Source: Bacteroidia bacterium
GTDB taxonomy: Bacteria; Bacteroidota; Bacteroidia; Palsa-965
Direction: 5' to 3'
Assembly: GCA_044448685.1 (NCBI GenBank)
Contig: JBIOHC010000013.1
Coordinates: 408-64,407 of the forward strand
DNA length: 64,000 nt
Below the pieces are notes generated by a model. It saw nothing but the letters and a program-made list of their open reading frames with translations, was not told the origin of the DNA and did not search any database. Made by a program: the position numbers and the translations under genes. Positions 49,459 through 57,808 of this stretch are shown in pieces. Numbering within the stretch: position 1 is the stretch's first letter; each line of letters starts with the position of its first letter.

Positions 49459-49508
49459 TTAGTCAGCTACCCTGCTTAACATAATATTCGATTGATTATC
49501 AATAGAAT

Positions 49509-49543
49509 AAGCAAGTCCACCTCTATTAAAGATGGACTTGCTT
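49509..49543 (-). terminator. hairpin downstream of the adhesin gene stop
   Basis: 11-bp perfect stem AAGCAAGTCCA / TGGACTTGCTT. The minus-strand tail ATTCTATT is only moderately T-rich. Confidence 0.5.
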
Positions 49544-49570
49544 TCAAAGTATCGAAGCGGATTGTTCTGA

Positions 49571-52500
49571 TTAGTTTCTGATCAGCATAAAGGATCCGTT
49601 AAAGGCATATTGTCTGCCATCGTCCCCGGAGGCTGTGATGATATAAAAATAAGTTCCGGGAACAGCAAGTGCACCACCCGGAGTTCGTCCGTCCCAACCC
49701 ATACCGGCAGCCGTCAATGTAATCAGTTCTACACCCCAGCGGTCATAGATCTTACCCTCAAACTTGGAAATTCCCTGGGAAGACACAACAAAAAGGTCAT
49801 TGGAGCCATCGTCATTCGGTGTAAACACATTCGGAACCTTTATCCAGGAAGGGAGCTCCTTAATGACAATAACCCGTGAATAAGTACTCGTACAACCGGT
49901 GATGGTATCAGTCACGGTCAATGTTACGGTATAGTTCCCGCCTGTGGCATAGGTATGACCAGCTCCGGTACCGGTGGTGTTTTCATTGCTCGTGGTTCCA
50001 TCCCCATAATTCCAGTCCCATTCACTTGAATTAGCCGAACTGCTGTCAGCAAAAGTGATGGGCAAAGGCATTGTGCCGGTGGTGGCACTTGGAATAAATC
50101 CGGCCTGGACCGTGTTCTCCGTTACATTGAAATGGGCGGTGTCCGTACCACAATTATTAGTCACAAGTACATAGTAAGGGCCACCGGTGCTGACCACGAT
50201 ACTGGAAGTTGTGGCACCGGTACTCCATACATAAGTACCTCCCCCGCTTGCATTAAGAATATCGGTTGAGCCTTTACAGAAGGCCGGAGGACCGGTAACA
50301 AGTGATTTTGGGAGAGAATCGCGTATGAGGGTGATTTTAGTTGAGTCAACACCACAGGAATTGATGGCATATAAGGTAAAGGTGCCGCCTGTTCCTGCTA
50401 CAATCGATGTGGCAGCCGAACCGGTATTCCAGGAATAGGTACTGCCTCCGGAAGCGGTGAGCGTTACAGGATTCCCGAAACAGAATGTCGTAGGTCCGCT
50501 GGGTGTAATCAAGGCCACAGGTTTTACTCCTGTATTCTTTACACTATCCACAACCTGGAATGTACATCCTGCTGAATCCGTAACAGTACAGGTATAGGAA
50601 TTCTTAGGCAGGCTTCCGGCATTACCGCTTACTGTTCCTGTAGCAGGCGCCGGTGACCAGGCATACGTGTAAGTGGCTGTTCCACCGCTTGGAGTCACGT
50701 TCATACTTCCATTACTGAGGTTACAGGTACTGGATGTGCTGACATCTGAAGCAGTCAACGGAGACGGCTGGATGATAGTGAGAATCTGCTGCTTGCTGCA
50801 TCCATGTGCATCTGTCATTGTACATGTATACGTACCGGCACAAAGTGAAGATGCTGTTTGGGTGAGGCTCGGGCTTCCAACCCAGGCATAAGTAAAGGCA
50901 CCGGTACCTCCGCTGGGTACAACAGTAGCTGAACCGTTACAGGCTCCGTTACAAAGTACCTTCTGTGTGGTTGCTACATCTGTTATAGGTGCAGGCTGTG
51001 TGATGGTGAAAACCTGCTGAGTCGGGCAACCGTTTGCATCGGTAACATGACAGGTATATGTTCCCTGGCACAAAGCAGTGACACCGGGTGTAGTGGCTGT
51101 GTTGGGAGACCAGGAATAGGTATACGCACTTGTTCCTCCGCTTACCGTAGCTGTTGCAGTGCCATCACAGACGGCATTGCAACTGGTATTGGTTGATGCC
51201 GGTGAAATGGACAAGGCCGCAGGTTGTGTCAATGTTATTGTTTGGGTAGTACTGCAGCCGGCTGCATCTTTCACCGTACAGATATAGCTTGTTCCAGCGC
51301 AGAGGTTATTGGCAGTACCGGTAGTGCTTGGGTTGCTTGTCCAGGAATATGTAAGCGGAGCTGTTCCGCCGCTTCCGGTCACAGTTGCAGTTCCGTTGCA
51401 ACTTGCATTACAAGTCGGATTCGCTGATGAAGCCACAGATGCAGAAGGACCTCCTACGTTATTCACCGGAACAATGGTATTCTGTGTACAGCCTTTGGAA
51501 TCGGTTACCGTAACAGTGTAGTTACCGGCTGATAAGTTAATAGCCGTTGGCGTTGTCTGGCCTGCAGCAGGAGCAGGTGTCCAGGCATAGGTATAAGGTC
51601 CGGTACCTCCGCTGGCTGTGCCGGTTGCCGATCCGTTTGTACCACCGCAGTTGGCCGATGTTGAAGATGGAGCAACGGCAAGCACTGCAGGCTGAGTGAT
51701 GTTAAAGATCTGCTGGGTGGTACAACCGTTACCATCCTTAGCAATACACGTATAAGTACCGGCACAGAGGTTATTCGCCGTACTTGTGATACTCGGGTTG
51801 GTGATCCAGCTATAGGTATAAGGTCCTGTTCCTCCGCTTACGTTGATAGTAGCTGTTCCGTTACAGGAAGCATTGCAGGACGCATTGGCTGTGACACCCG
51901 GAGTTGAGCTTGGCCCGGCTGTGGTAGAGACAGCAATAATCGTTTGCTTGGTACATCCTTTTGAATCGGTTACGGTAACGGTATAGTTACCGGCCGGTAA
52001 GTTAACGGCCGTAGCGGTTGTTTGTCCTGCAGCAGGTGCAGGAGTCCAGGCATAAGTATAACCTCCGTTTCCACCCGAAGCTGTAACTCCGGCTGAGCCG
52101 TTTGAACTGCCGCAAGTAGCAGCTACAGAACTGGGTGTTGTGGCAAGAGCTATAGGTTGGGTAATTGTTACAGTCGTTGTGGAAGTACATCCGTTAGCTG
52201 TGGTAACAAGACAGGAATAGGTTCCGGCCGGAAGTCCGACCGTGGTAGGATTTGTTCCTCCCCCACCCGACCAGGAATAGGTATAGCCGGGAGTGCCGCC
52301 GGTGGCGTTAGCAGTACCGGTTCCATTCGTACCACCGTTACAGGATACAGCAGTTGTTGAATTGGTTAAGGTAGCTGAATTACCCACATTCACCGTTGTT
52401 GTCGCCGTACTGGTACAGCTGCCCTGGGTTTCTGTAACAGTATAGGTGGTTGTGGAGGCAGGGGAAGCATTGACTGATGATCCTGTTGTGCCACTTAATC

Positions 52501-53560
52501 CGGTAGAAGGGCTCCAGACGAAGGTTCCTGAACCGGTAGCATTGAGCGTAACACTTCCGGCTCCGTTACAAACGGTAGGTGCAAGCGGACTCACTGTTGT
52601 AGGTGTGTTCGGGTTTACAGTTACCGTTGTGGTGCTGGTATAGGTGGTGGTTGCACCATCGCAATTGGTGACAACCATGGTAGCAGTATAGGTGGAAGTT
52701 GTAGTTGGGCAAACACTTACACTTGCACCGCTGCCTACCACCCCGCTTGGGCCTGTCCAGGTAATTGTATAAGATGGAGCACCGGTCGGTGAAAATCTCC
52801 AGGCTTCATTAACGGCTGACCATGCTGAAGGGTAGTTACGCCCGGGAGGAACAACAGCAACAGTACCGGTCTGATTCTGGATACCGATGATTCCGGCACC
52901 ACCATTCCATCCACTGCAGGAATAGCTGTTCTGAAGATATACATCAATATAATTCGTATTCTCATACAGGACCAGCTGTACCGTCGAGTTCGGAGTTCCG
53001 TCACAAATTCCGCTCCCTTTATCAAACAAAGGCACATTCACCCAGCTCATCACCAGCGCATGACAGGGTGCTGAACCCAGTGTGGTGATGTAGGAGTTAC
53101 CTCCAATACCCTGGTCCATATCACGGAATGCGGCGCAAATGGTATTGCCGGGAAGATCAGTGGTATTGGGCAATGAAGTGCTAAGGGAATAGTTATCATA
53201 CCCGCTTGAATTGGTCAGGTCAAAGGTGAGTTCACCGTTATCACCTAATACAGCCTGGTTGTACCAGTTACCGAAATAACAGAAGTTAAAGCCCAGATTG
53301 ACGGTACTGCTCCATACATCATCGGCACCTACAAGGATAGAAGAACCGGTGAAAGGATAAGGAGCATAGGGAATGGCACTGACAGTATAGGATGTGGTCT
53401 GGTTATTCGAGACCACTGCCGCATTCAGTGTGGCACAAGCCCCCTGACAAATTGTTTGAGGGCTGCCGGCATTGACAGAGGGGCATGCCGGTGCGCCTTG
53501 TGCATGGAAACCGAGACTTCGGAATACAAGCAAGCACAGAAAAAATAGTTTTTTCTTCAA
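49571..53560 (-). CDS. T9SS-secreted cell-surface adhesin: N-terminal unassigned domain, 8 SprB-type repeats, PKD domain, type-B (CHU_C) C-terminal sorting domain
   Basis: Repeats C-N-x-x-x-N-G-x-x-x-x-x-x-SGGTGPYTYSW and GTYTCxVTDxNGC. PKD segment WDWNYGDG...HTYATGGNYTVTLTV. C-terminal domain VPNVFTPNDDGSNDLF...GTYFYII. A probable TTG start at 53560 gives MKKKLFFLCLL; the ORF-track start is 53644. Confidence 0.9.
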   Translation of the reverse strand: MKKKLFFLCLLVFRSLGFHAQGAPACPSVNAGSPQTICQGACATLNAAVVSNNQTTSYTVSAIPYAPYPFTGSSILVGADDVWSSTVNLGFNFCYFGNWYNQAVLGDNGELTFDLTNSSGYDNYSLSTSLPNTTDLPGNTICAAFRDMDQGIGGNSYITTLGSAPCHALVMSWVNVPLFDKGSGICDGTPNSTVQLVLYENTNYIDVYLQNSYSCSGWNGGAGIIGIQNQTGTVAVVPPGRNYPSAWSAVNEAWRFSPTGAPSYTITWTGPSGVVGSGASVSVCPTTTSTYTATMVVTNCDGATTTYTSTTTVTVNPNTPTTVSPLAPTVCNGAGSVTLNATGSGTFVWSPSTGLSGTTGSSVNASPASTTTYTVTETQGSCTSTATTTVNVGNSATLTNSTTAVSCNGGTNGTGTANATGGTPGYTYSWSGGGGTNPTTVGLPAGTYSCLVTTANGCTSTTTVTITQPIALATTPSSVAATCGSSNGSAGVTASGGNGGYTYAWTPAPAAGQTTATAVNLPAGNYTVTVTDSKGCTKQTIIAVSTTAGPSSTPGVTANASCNASCNGTATINVSGGTGPYTYSWITNPSITSTANNLCAGTYTCIAKDGNGCTTQQIFNITQPAVLAVAPSSTSANCGGTNGSATGTASGGTGPYTYAWTPAPAAGQTTPTAINLSAGNYTVTVTDSKGCTQNTIVPVNNVGGPSASVASSANPTCNASCNGTATVTGSGGTAPLTYSWTSNPSTTGTANNLCAGTSYICTVKDAAGCSTTQTITLTQPAALSISPASTNTSCNAVCDGTATATVSGGTSAYTYSWSPNTATTPGVTALCQGTYTCHVTDANGCPTQQVFTITQPAPITDVATTQKVLCNGACNGSATVVPSGGTGAFTYAWVGSPSLTQTASSLCAGTYTCTMTDAHGCSKQQILTIIQPSPLTASDVSTSSTCNLSNGSMNVTPSGGTATYTYAWSPAPATGTVSGNAGSLPKNSYTCTVTDSAGCTFQVVDSVKNTGVKPVALITPSGPTTFCFGNPVTLTASGGSTYSWNTGSAATSIVAGTGGTFTLYAINSCGVDSTKITLIRDSLPKSLVTGPPAFCKGSTDILNASGGGTYVWSTGATTSSIVVSTGGPYYVLVTNNCGTDTAHFNVTENTVQAGFIPSATTGTMPLPITFADSSSANSSEWDWNYGDGTTSNENTTGTGAGHTYATGGNYTVTLTVTDTITGCTSTYSRVIVIKELPSWIKVPNVFTPNDDGSNDLFVVSSQGISKFEGKIYDRWGVELITLTAAGMGWDGRTPGGALAVPGTYFYIITASGDDGRQYAFNGSFMLIRN

Positions 53561-53731
53561 GGAGATGTGTGTTTTTATACTAAAAAAAGCGATTAATGCG
53601 GATAAATGATTGACTAATATAGGAATTATAAAGCTGATTACCAATTAACGACATCCAATTTCATGAACAATTTAGGAGTGATAAGTCGATCAAGATACTA
53701 TTAAGCGTATGTGACTCAATAATTAAGACAT

Positions 53732-53756
53732 AAAAAAAACCGCTCAATGAGCGGTT
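53732..53756 (-). terminator. rho-independent terminator
   Basis: Minus strand AAACCGCTC-ATTG-AGCGGTTT followed by TTTTTTTA, 35 nt after the stop at 53791. Confidence 0.7.
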
Positions 53757-53790
53757 TCTGACGATGAGGGTATACTCTTTTATGGTCCTG

Positions 53791-54078
53791 TTAATTAAAA
53801 TTTTTCTTGGTTTCAAGAAAGCATTCATCAACGATAAGGCTGTTTGTAAATTCAGGCCTGTAGGCTTTCCGCTTACGAAGCACACAACGATTAAAATGGG
53901 CTACCCAACTCTGCAGGTCATCCTGATTTTCAAACCGACGGCTCTGCTGATTCACAGTAGCCACTATACGGGACGCATGATCCACGTTCAGATAAAGTTC
54001 CCCGTCCAGGTAATAATTAGATATTTGCCCATCTTTTTCTTCTGAAATCTGATGAACTATTACTTTTTCATCGCTCAT
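53791..54078 (-). CDS. small hypothetical protein (95 aa)
   Basis: The internal ATG gives MSDEKVIVHQISEEKDG.... It is followed by a clean terminator. No family recognised. Confidence 0.5.
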   Translation of the reverse strand: MSDEKVIVHQISEEKDGQISNYYLDGELYLNVDHASRIVATVNQQSRRFENQDDLQSWVAHFNRCVLRKRKAYRPEFTNSLIVDECFLETKKNFN

Positions 54079-54183
54079 ATTTACTGATTTAGATTTTTGC
54101 AAATGTACCCCTTCCCCCAACTTTAAACAAGGAATATCCGCCTATGTTGAAAATTTACTTGAAACTTTGCTTTTTCAGCCCCT

Positions 54184-55110
54184 TTATTTACCGTTCAAAA
54201 TCGTGTTATATTTATTTATATTGGCCGGATCAACAGAGTTAAGTAAGGCTACCGCCTTCCCTTTTTCATCGGTATAGGCTGTTGAAAAAAGCTTGACAAG
54301 TTCATCACATTTGGCGCTGAAAAAGAGCTGCAGATTAAAGGAGGCCGGTTTTTCCTGATACACTTTCTGAATGAGCTGTAAACTTTCATAGACAGCCTGG
54401 CGGCCGGCAGCCAGATCCGAATACATCAAATCAAAACCCTGGCGATGGTATTTATACATACATTCCCTGAGTGGGGCGAATACAGAACTGGTGGCATTTT
54501 CAATTAGCCAGTACCTGTTTTTCTGACTGGTGCTTTCAAAGGCTTTCCATCCATGTTCGGCAGCATTCTGGGCCATATTTACGATCTGCTGAGCCTTTTG
54601 ATAATAGGGAGTTCCACCGTATAATGAAAAGGTATCGTAATCCTCCGCTATAGCTACATAGGCATAGAATGCGAGTACAGAAGTCAGGTTATTCGAAAAG
54701 GTGGTTTCAATAAAATCCATAGGCTGGGCTTCTATGTAATTGAATTGAAAATCGTTATCACTGTAATTAATGACAGTACAGTTATAGGACGATTTATAGG
54801 CAGGGCGGTTAGTCTGAATCTGAATGGTGCCTACAAACTGATCAATAGCAACCTCCGTATTGATGGTAATGGTAACACTCATTGTAATACGTTCCTGGGC
54901 AGAGAAGTTATCCTTGGTCCAGTGTGTATTGTTCATAAATTCATATACGGAAGTTTTCAGCGACTCGAATATGCGTTTTTCTGTTGTTCCCTGAATCTGA
55001 GGTGCGAGGACCTGTACACTGCAATTCAGCTCCTGGGCATGCAGGCATCCTGCTCCTGAGAGCAGGCCGCTGAGGAATAGGATGAATTTCGAACTGTTTT
55101 TCATAATCAA
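54184..55110 (-). CDS. DUF4835-family protein (I believe some databases label this family T9SS-associated PorD; unverified here)
   Basis: AQELNCSVQV..., ERITMSVTITI, IQIQTNRPAYKSSY, NLTSVLAFYAYVAIAEDYD and KNRYWLIEN match the family pattern. It holds the conserved position after coaBC. Confidence 0.8.
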   Translation of the reverse strand: MIMKNSSKFILFLSGLLSGAGCLHAQELNCSVQVLAPQIQGTTEKRIFESLKTSVYEFMNNTHWTKDNFSAQERITMSVTITINTEVAIDQFVGTIQIQTNRPAYKSSYNCTVINYSDNDFQFNYIEAQPMDFIETTFSNNLTSVLAFYAYVAIAEDYDTFSLYGGTPYYQKAQQIVNMAQNAAEHGWKAFESTSQKNRYWLIENATSSVFAPLRECMYKYHRQGFDLMYSDLAAGRQAVYESLQLIQKVYQEKPASFNLQLFFSAKCDELVKLFSTAYTDEKGKAVALLNSVDPANINKYNTILNGK

Positions 55111-55125
55111 TTAAAATACAAATAC

Positions 55126-56358
55126 TTAAACCGGAACACTTCCTGTATTGGAATCCGGGAGCAGGCTTTTAATCTTATTCACAATATCACGGGCAACCTC
55201 TTTCTTGTCCTTTAACTCAAAATTCTCTGTTTTATTGTGTTTGTCAATAATCGTAATTTTATTCGAGGTGGTACCGAATCCGGCACCTGTATCACGGAGT
55301 GAATTAAGAACGACGAAATCAAGGTTCTTTTTAACCAGCTTGGCTTTTGCATGTTCTACTTCAGAATCTGTTTCCAGGGCGAAGCCAACAAGGATCTGAT
55401 GCGCTGTTTTACGACTGCCCAGTTCTGTAAGGATATCCCTTGTCTGTTCCAGTTCTATGTTTGAAAGTCCCTGTCCTCCCTCCTTCTTGATTTTCCCGGT
55501 GGCTTTATGAACAGGTTTGTAATCGGCAACGGCTGCCGCCATCACCGTGATATCAGCTGTTTTGAAATCATTCATACAGGCTGTGTACATTTCTTCAGCA
55601 GATACCACATCCAGTCTTTTTATATGGCCTTGTCCGGAATGCAATGCATTGGGGCCGCAAACCAGGGTTACTTCTGCCCCATTCATAGCCAGTTCATCTG
55701 CAAGTGCAAATCCCATCCTGCCGGAACTATGGTTTCCGATAAAGCGGACCGGATCGATGGCTTCAAAGGTAGGGCCGGCAGTTACGAGTGCTTTACGTCC
55801 AAAGAGAGGTGCTTGCTCCTTCAGAATTTTTTCAAGGGAAGCAATTATTTCTTCCGGTTCAGCCATTCTTCCTTCTCCTATCAGTCCGCTTGCCAGTTCC
55901 CCGTACCCGGGTATAAGAATACGATGTCCTCTTGATTTCAGCCTGATCAGATTATCGGTGGTGGAAGCATGTTTATACATATCCAGATCCATAGCCGGAG
56001 CCAGGTATACAGGGCAACGGGCACTGAGGTAGGTACCCAGCAATAAATTATCGCATATCCCGTTTGCCATCTTTGCAAGAGTATTGGCAGATGCAGGAGC
56101 AATAAGCATCAGATCGGCCCACAGGCCGAGCTCCACATGATTATTCCACTGTCCTGAACCTGCAGTACTGAACTCCCATAATACAGGACGTTTGGAAAGA
56201 ACAGAAAGTGTAAGCGGAGTAATAAATTCACGGGCTGAAGGAGTCATTACAACCTGGACGTTGGCACCGGCTTTGACCAGCAGACGTACCAGGAAGGCCG
56301 ATTTATAGGCAGCAATACTGGATGTGACACCCAGGATGATATTTTTTCCGTTCAGCAT
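55126..56358 (-). CDS. coaBC: bifunctional phosphopantothenoylcysteine decarboxylase / phosphopantothenate-cysteine ligase
   Basis: N-terminal flavoprotein domain (GKNIILGVTSSIAAYK) and C-terminal DFP ligase domain (GPTFEAIDPVRFIGNHSSGRMG). Confidence 0.95.
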   Translation of the reverse strand: MLNGKNIILGVTSSIAAYKSAFLVRLLVKAGANVQVVMTPSAREFITPLTLSVLSKRPVLWEFSTAGSGQWNNHVELGLWADLMLIAPASANTLAKMANGICDNLLLGTYLSARCPVYLAPAMDLDMYKHASTTDNLIRLKSRGHRILIPGYGELASGLIGEGRMAEPEEIIASLEKILKEQAPLFGRKALVTAGPTFEAIDPVRFIGNHSSGRMGFALADELAMNGAEVTLVCGPNALHSGQGHIKRLDVVSAEEMYTACMNDFKTADITVMAAAVADYKPVHKATGKIKKEGGQGLSNIELEQTRDILTELGSRKTAHQILVGFALETDSEVEHAKAKLVKKNLDFVVLNSLRDTGAGFGTTSNKITIIDKHNKTENFELKDKKEVARDIVNKIKSLLPDSNTGSVPV

Positions 56359-56380
56359 ACTGGCCTGTATGAAAAGGTAA

Positions 56381-56406
56381 AAGGTTCAATGGAATCATTG
56401 AACCTT
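56381..56406 (-). terminator. perfect 11-bp hairpin between rpoZ and coaBC (terminator/attenuator candidate)
   Basis: AAGGTTCAATG-GAAT-CATTGAACCTT. The minus-strand tail is TTACCTTTT. Confidence 0.5.
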
Positions 56407-56444
56407 ACTGAATGCGATGCTTTGACGGTAAAAGGGAACAGGGA

Positions 56445-56783
56445 TCAGTTTTGTGATGCCTGAACTTCTTTTGCCGGGTTACGGTAGTATATTTTATCTT
56501 CCATAAATTCAGATGTAGCAATGGAAGATGGTTTTGGCAGACGCTCATAAAACTTGGAAATTTCAATCTGTTCGCGGTTTTCGAACACTTCTTCCAGGTT
56601 GTCGGAATGAGAAGCAAATTCATTCAGTTTCTGGGTCAGCTCTTCCTTGATTTCAGCAGAGATCTGATTGGCCCTTTTGCTGATGATAGCCACACTCTGG
56701 TACACATTTCCTGTTTTGTCATCCAGTTTCCTTACATCACGGGTGATGGTCGTCGGCTCAGCATTGGTCTTTTTGTAATCCAT
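56445..56783 (-). CDS. rpoZ: DNA-directed RNA polymerase subunit omega
   Basis: YQSVAIISKRANQI is an omega core motif. It holds the conserved position between bamD and coaBC. Confidence 0.85.
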   Translation of the reverse strand: MDYKKTNAEPTTITRDVRKLDDKTGNVYQSVAIISKRANQISAEIKEELTQKLNEFASHSDNLEEVFENREQIEISKFYERLPKPSSIATSEFMEDKIYYRNPAKEVQASQN

Positions 56784-56799
56784 GTAGTTTGCTTGTTAT

Positions 56800-57678
56800 T
56801 TACGGTTTGTTTGCTGCTTTTTTGTCTGCCAGTTCCTTGTCTGCTTTACGCTGTGCGGCTTCTTTGTCAAGTACTGCTTTTATTTTCGTTGCACTGTCAA
56901 AAATACTCTGGGCTTCAGCCAGATAAATGCTTTTTGGATAGGTGTCTACAAATTTAATGTAATTATCCATAGCCAACTTCATTCTTTCCGCTTTTTTCTC
57001 ATCTACGCTCAATAGTCCCAGTTCATAATAGGACTTCAAGACCAGGAAAACCAGCTCTTCTTTGTGTTTGCTGGCCGGAAATTCCTTGTTATGGATGCCA
57101 ATATCGGCAATGGCAGCCTTGTAATCCGTGAGGTGGAAATACTGTACACAGGTGGAATAAGACTTCATTTCCAGCTTCGCCCTGAGTTTGTCAACATATT
57201 CATTACAATCCGGAATACGCTCACTTTTAGGGTATTGCTTTAAAAAGAAGGCAAATTCACGTATGGCTGCATACGTATCCGTCTGATCCAGTGCATATTC
57301 GGGAGAATTCAGGTAATAGCAATAGGCTGTCATATAAGCACATTCTTCGGCTCTTTTGCCGGTTGGAAAGGTCCTTACATAATTTCTGAACAGGAAGCCT
57401 GCCAGCAAATAATCACCCATTTCAAAATTCGTATAGGCATTGTAAAAATAAACCGTTTCCGCTTTATCCGTGCCTTTATAGACATTCTGAAGTTCTTCAA
57501 ACAGAATCTGGGCCTTGGTATACTCCCCTTTGTCATAGTAATGAATGGCCATTTCCAGCTTATAGGCATAATCATTACTCCTTTTTACCCTGGCGAATTC
57601 ATTGTGGCAGGAAGTGAATACAGCCAGTGACAGAGCAACGAGGCTGATTAAAAGACTTTTCTGAAGGGTCATTTTCAT
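56800..57678 (-). CDS. bamD: outer membrane protein assembly factor BamD (TPR lipoprotein)
   Basis: Lipobox (VFTSC), TPR-like repeats, and synteny with rpoZ-coaBC. Confidence 0.85.
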   Translation of the reverse strand: MKMTLQKSLLISLVALSLAVFTSCHNEFARVKRSNDYAYKLEMAIHYYDKGEYTKAQILFEELQNVYKGTDKAETVYFYNAYTNFEMGDYLLAGFLFRNYVRTFPTGKRAEECAYMTAYCYYLNSPEYALDQTDTYAAIREFAFFLKQYPKSERIPDCNEYVDKLRAKLEMKSYSTCVQYFHLTDYKAAIADIGIHNKEFPASKHKEELVFLVLKSYYELGLLSVDEKKAERMKLAMDNYIKFVDTYPKSIYLAEAQSIFDSATKIKAVLDKEAAQRKADKELADKKAANKP

Positions 57679-57808
57679 AGAACGGGCAAAGGTAACTATT
57701 ATTATTCATTTACGTGTTCACAATTCAATTTGCCTTCACCGCCCGGAATGATTAATTTTGCGCATTCTTAGCCGTGAATATGGCATTCCCGGTATAAACC
57801 TTTATGAA

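Noticed and set aside
48801-49462. ORF-track entries inside the repeat array as real genes (48801-48995 +, 49121-49462 +, 49230-49448 -)
   Set aside because: The 21/42-bp period is a multiple of three, so any frame that lacks a stop in one unit stays open across many units. Open frames occur on both strands. The products are low-complexity 7- or 14-aa repeats (SIPIRALS...). No start context or family match supports them.
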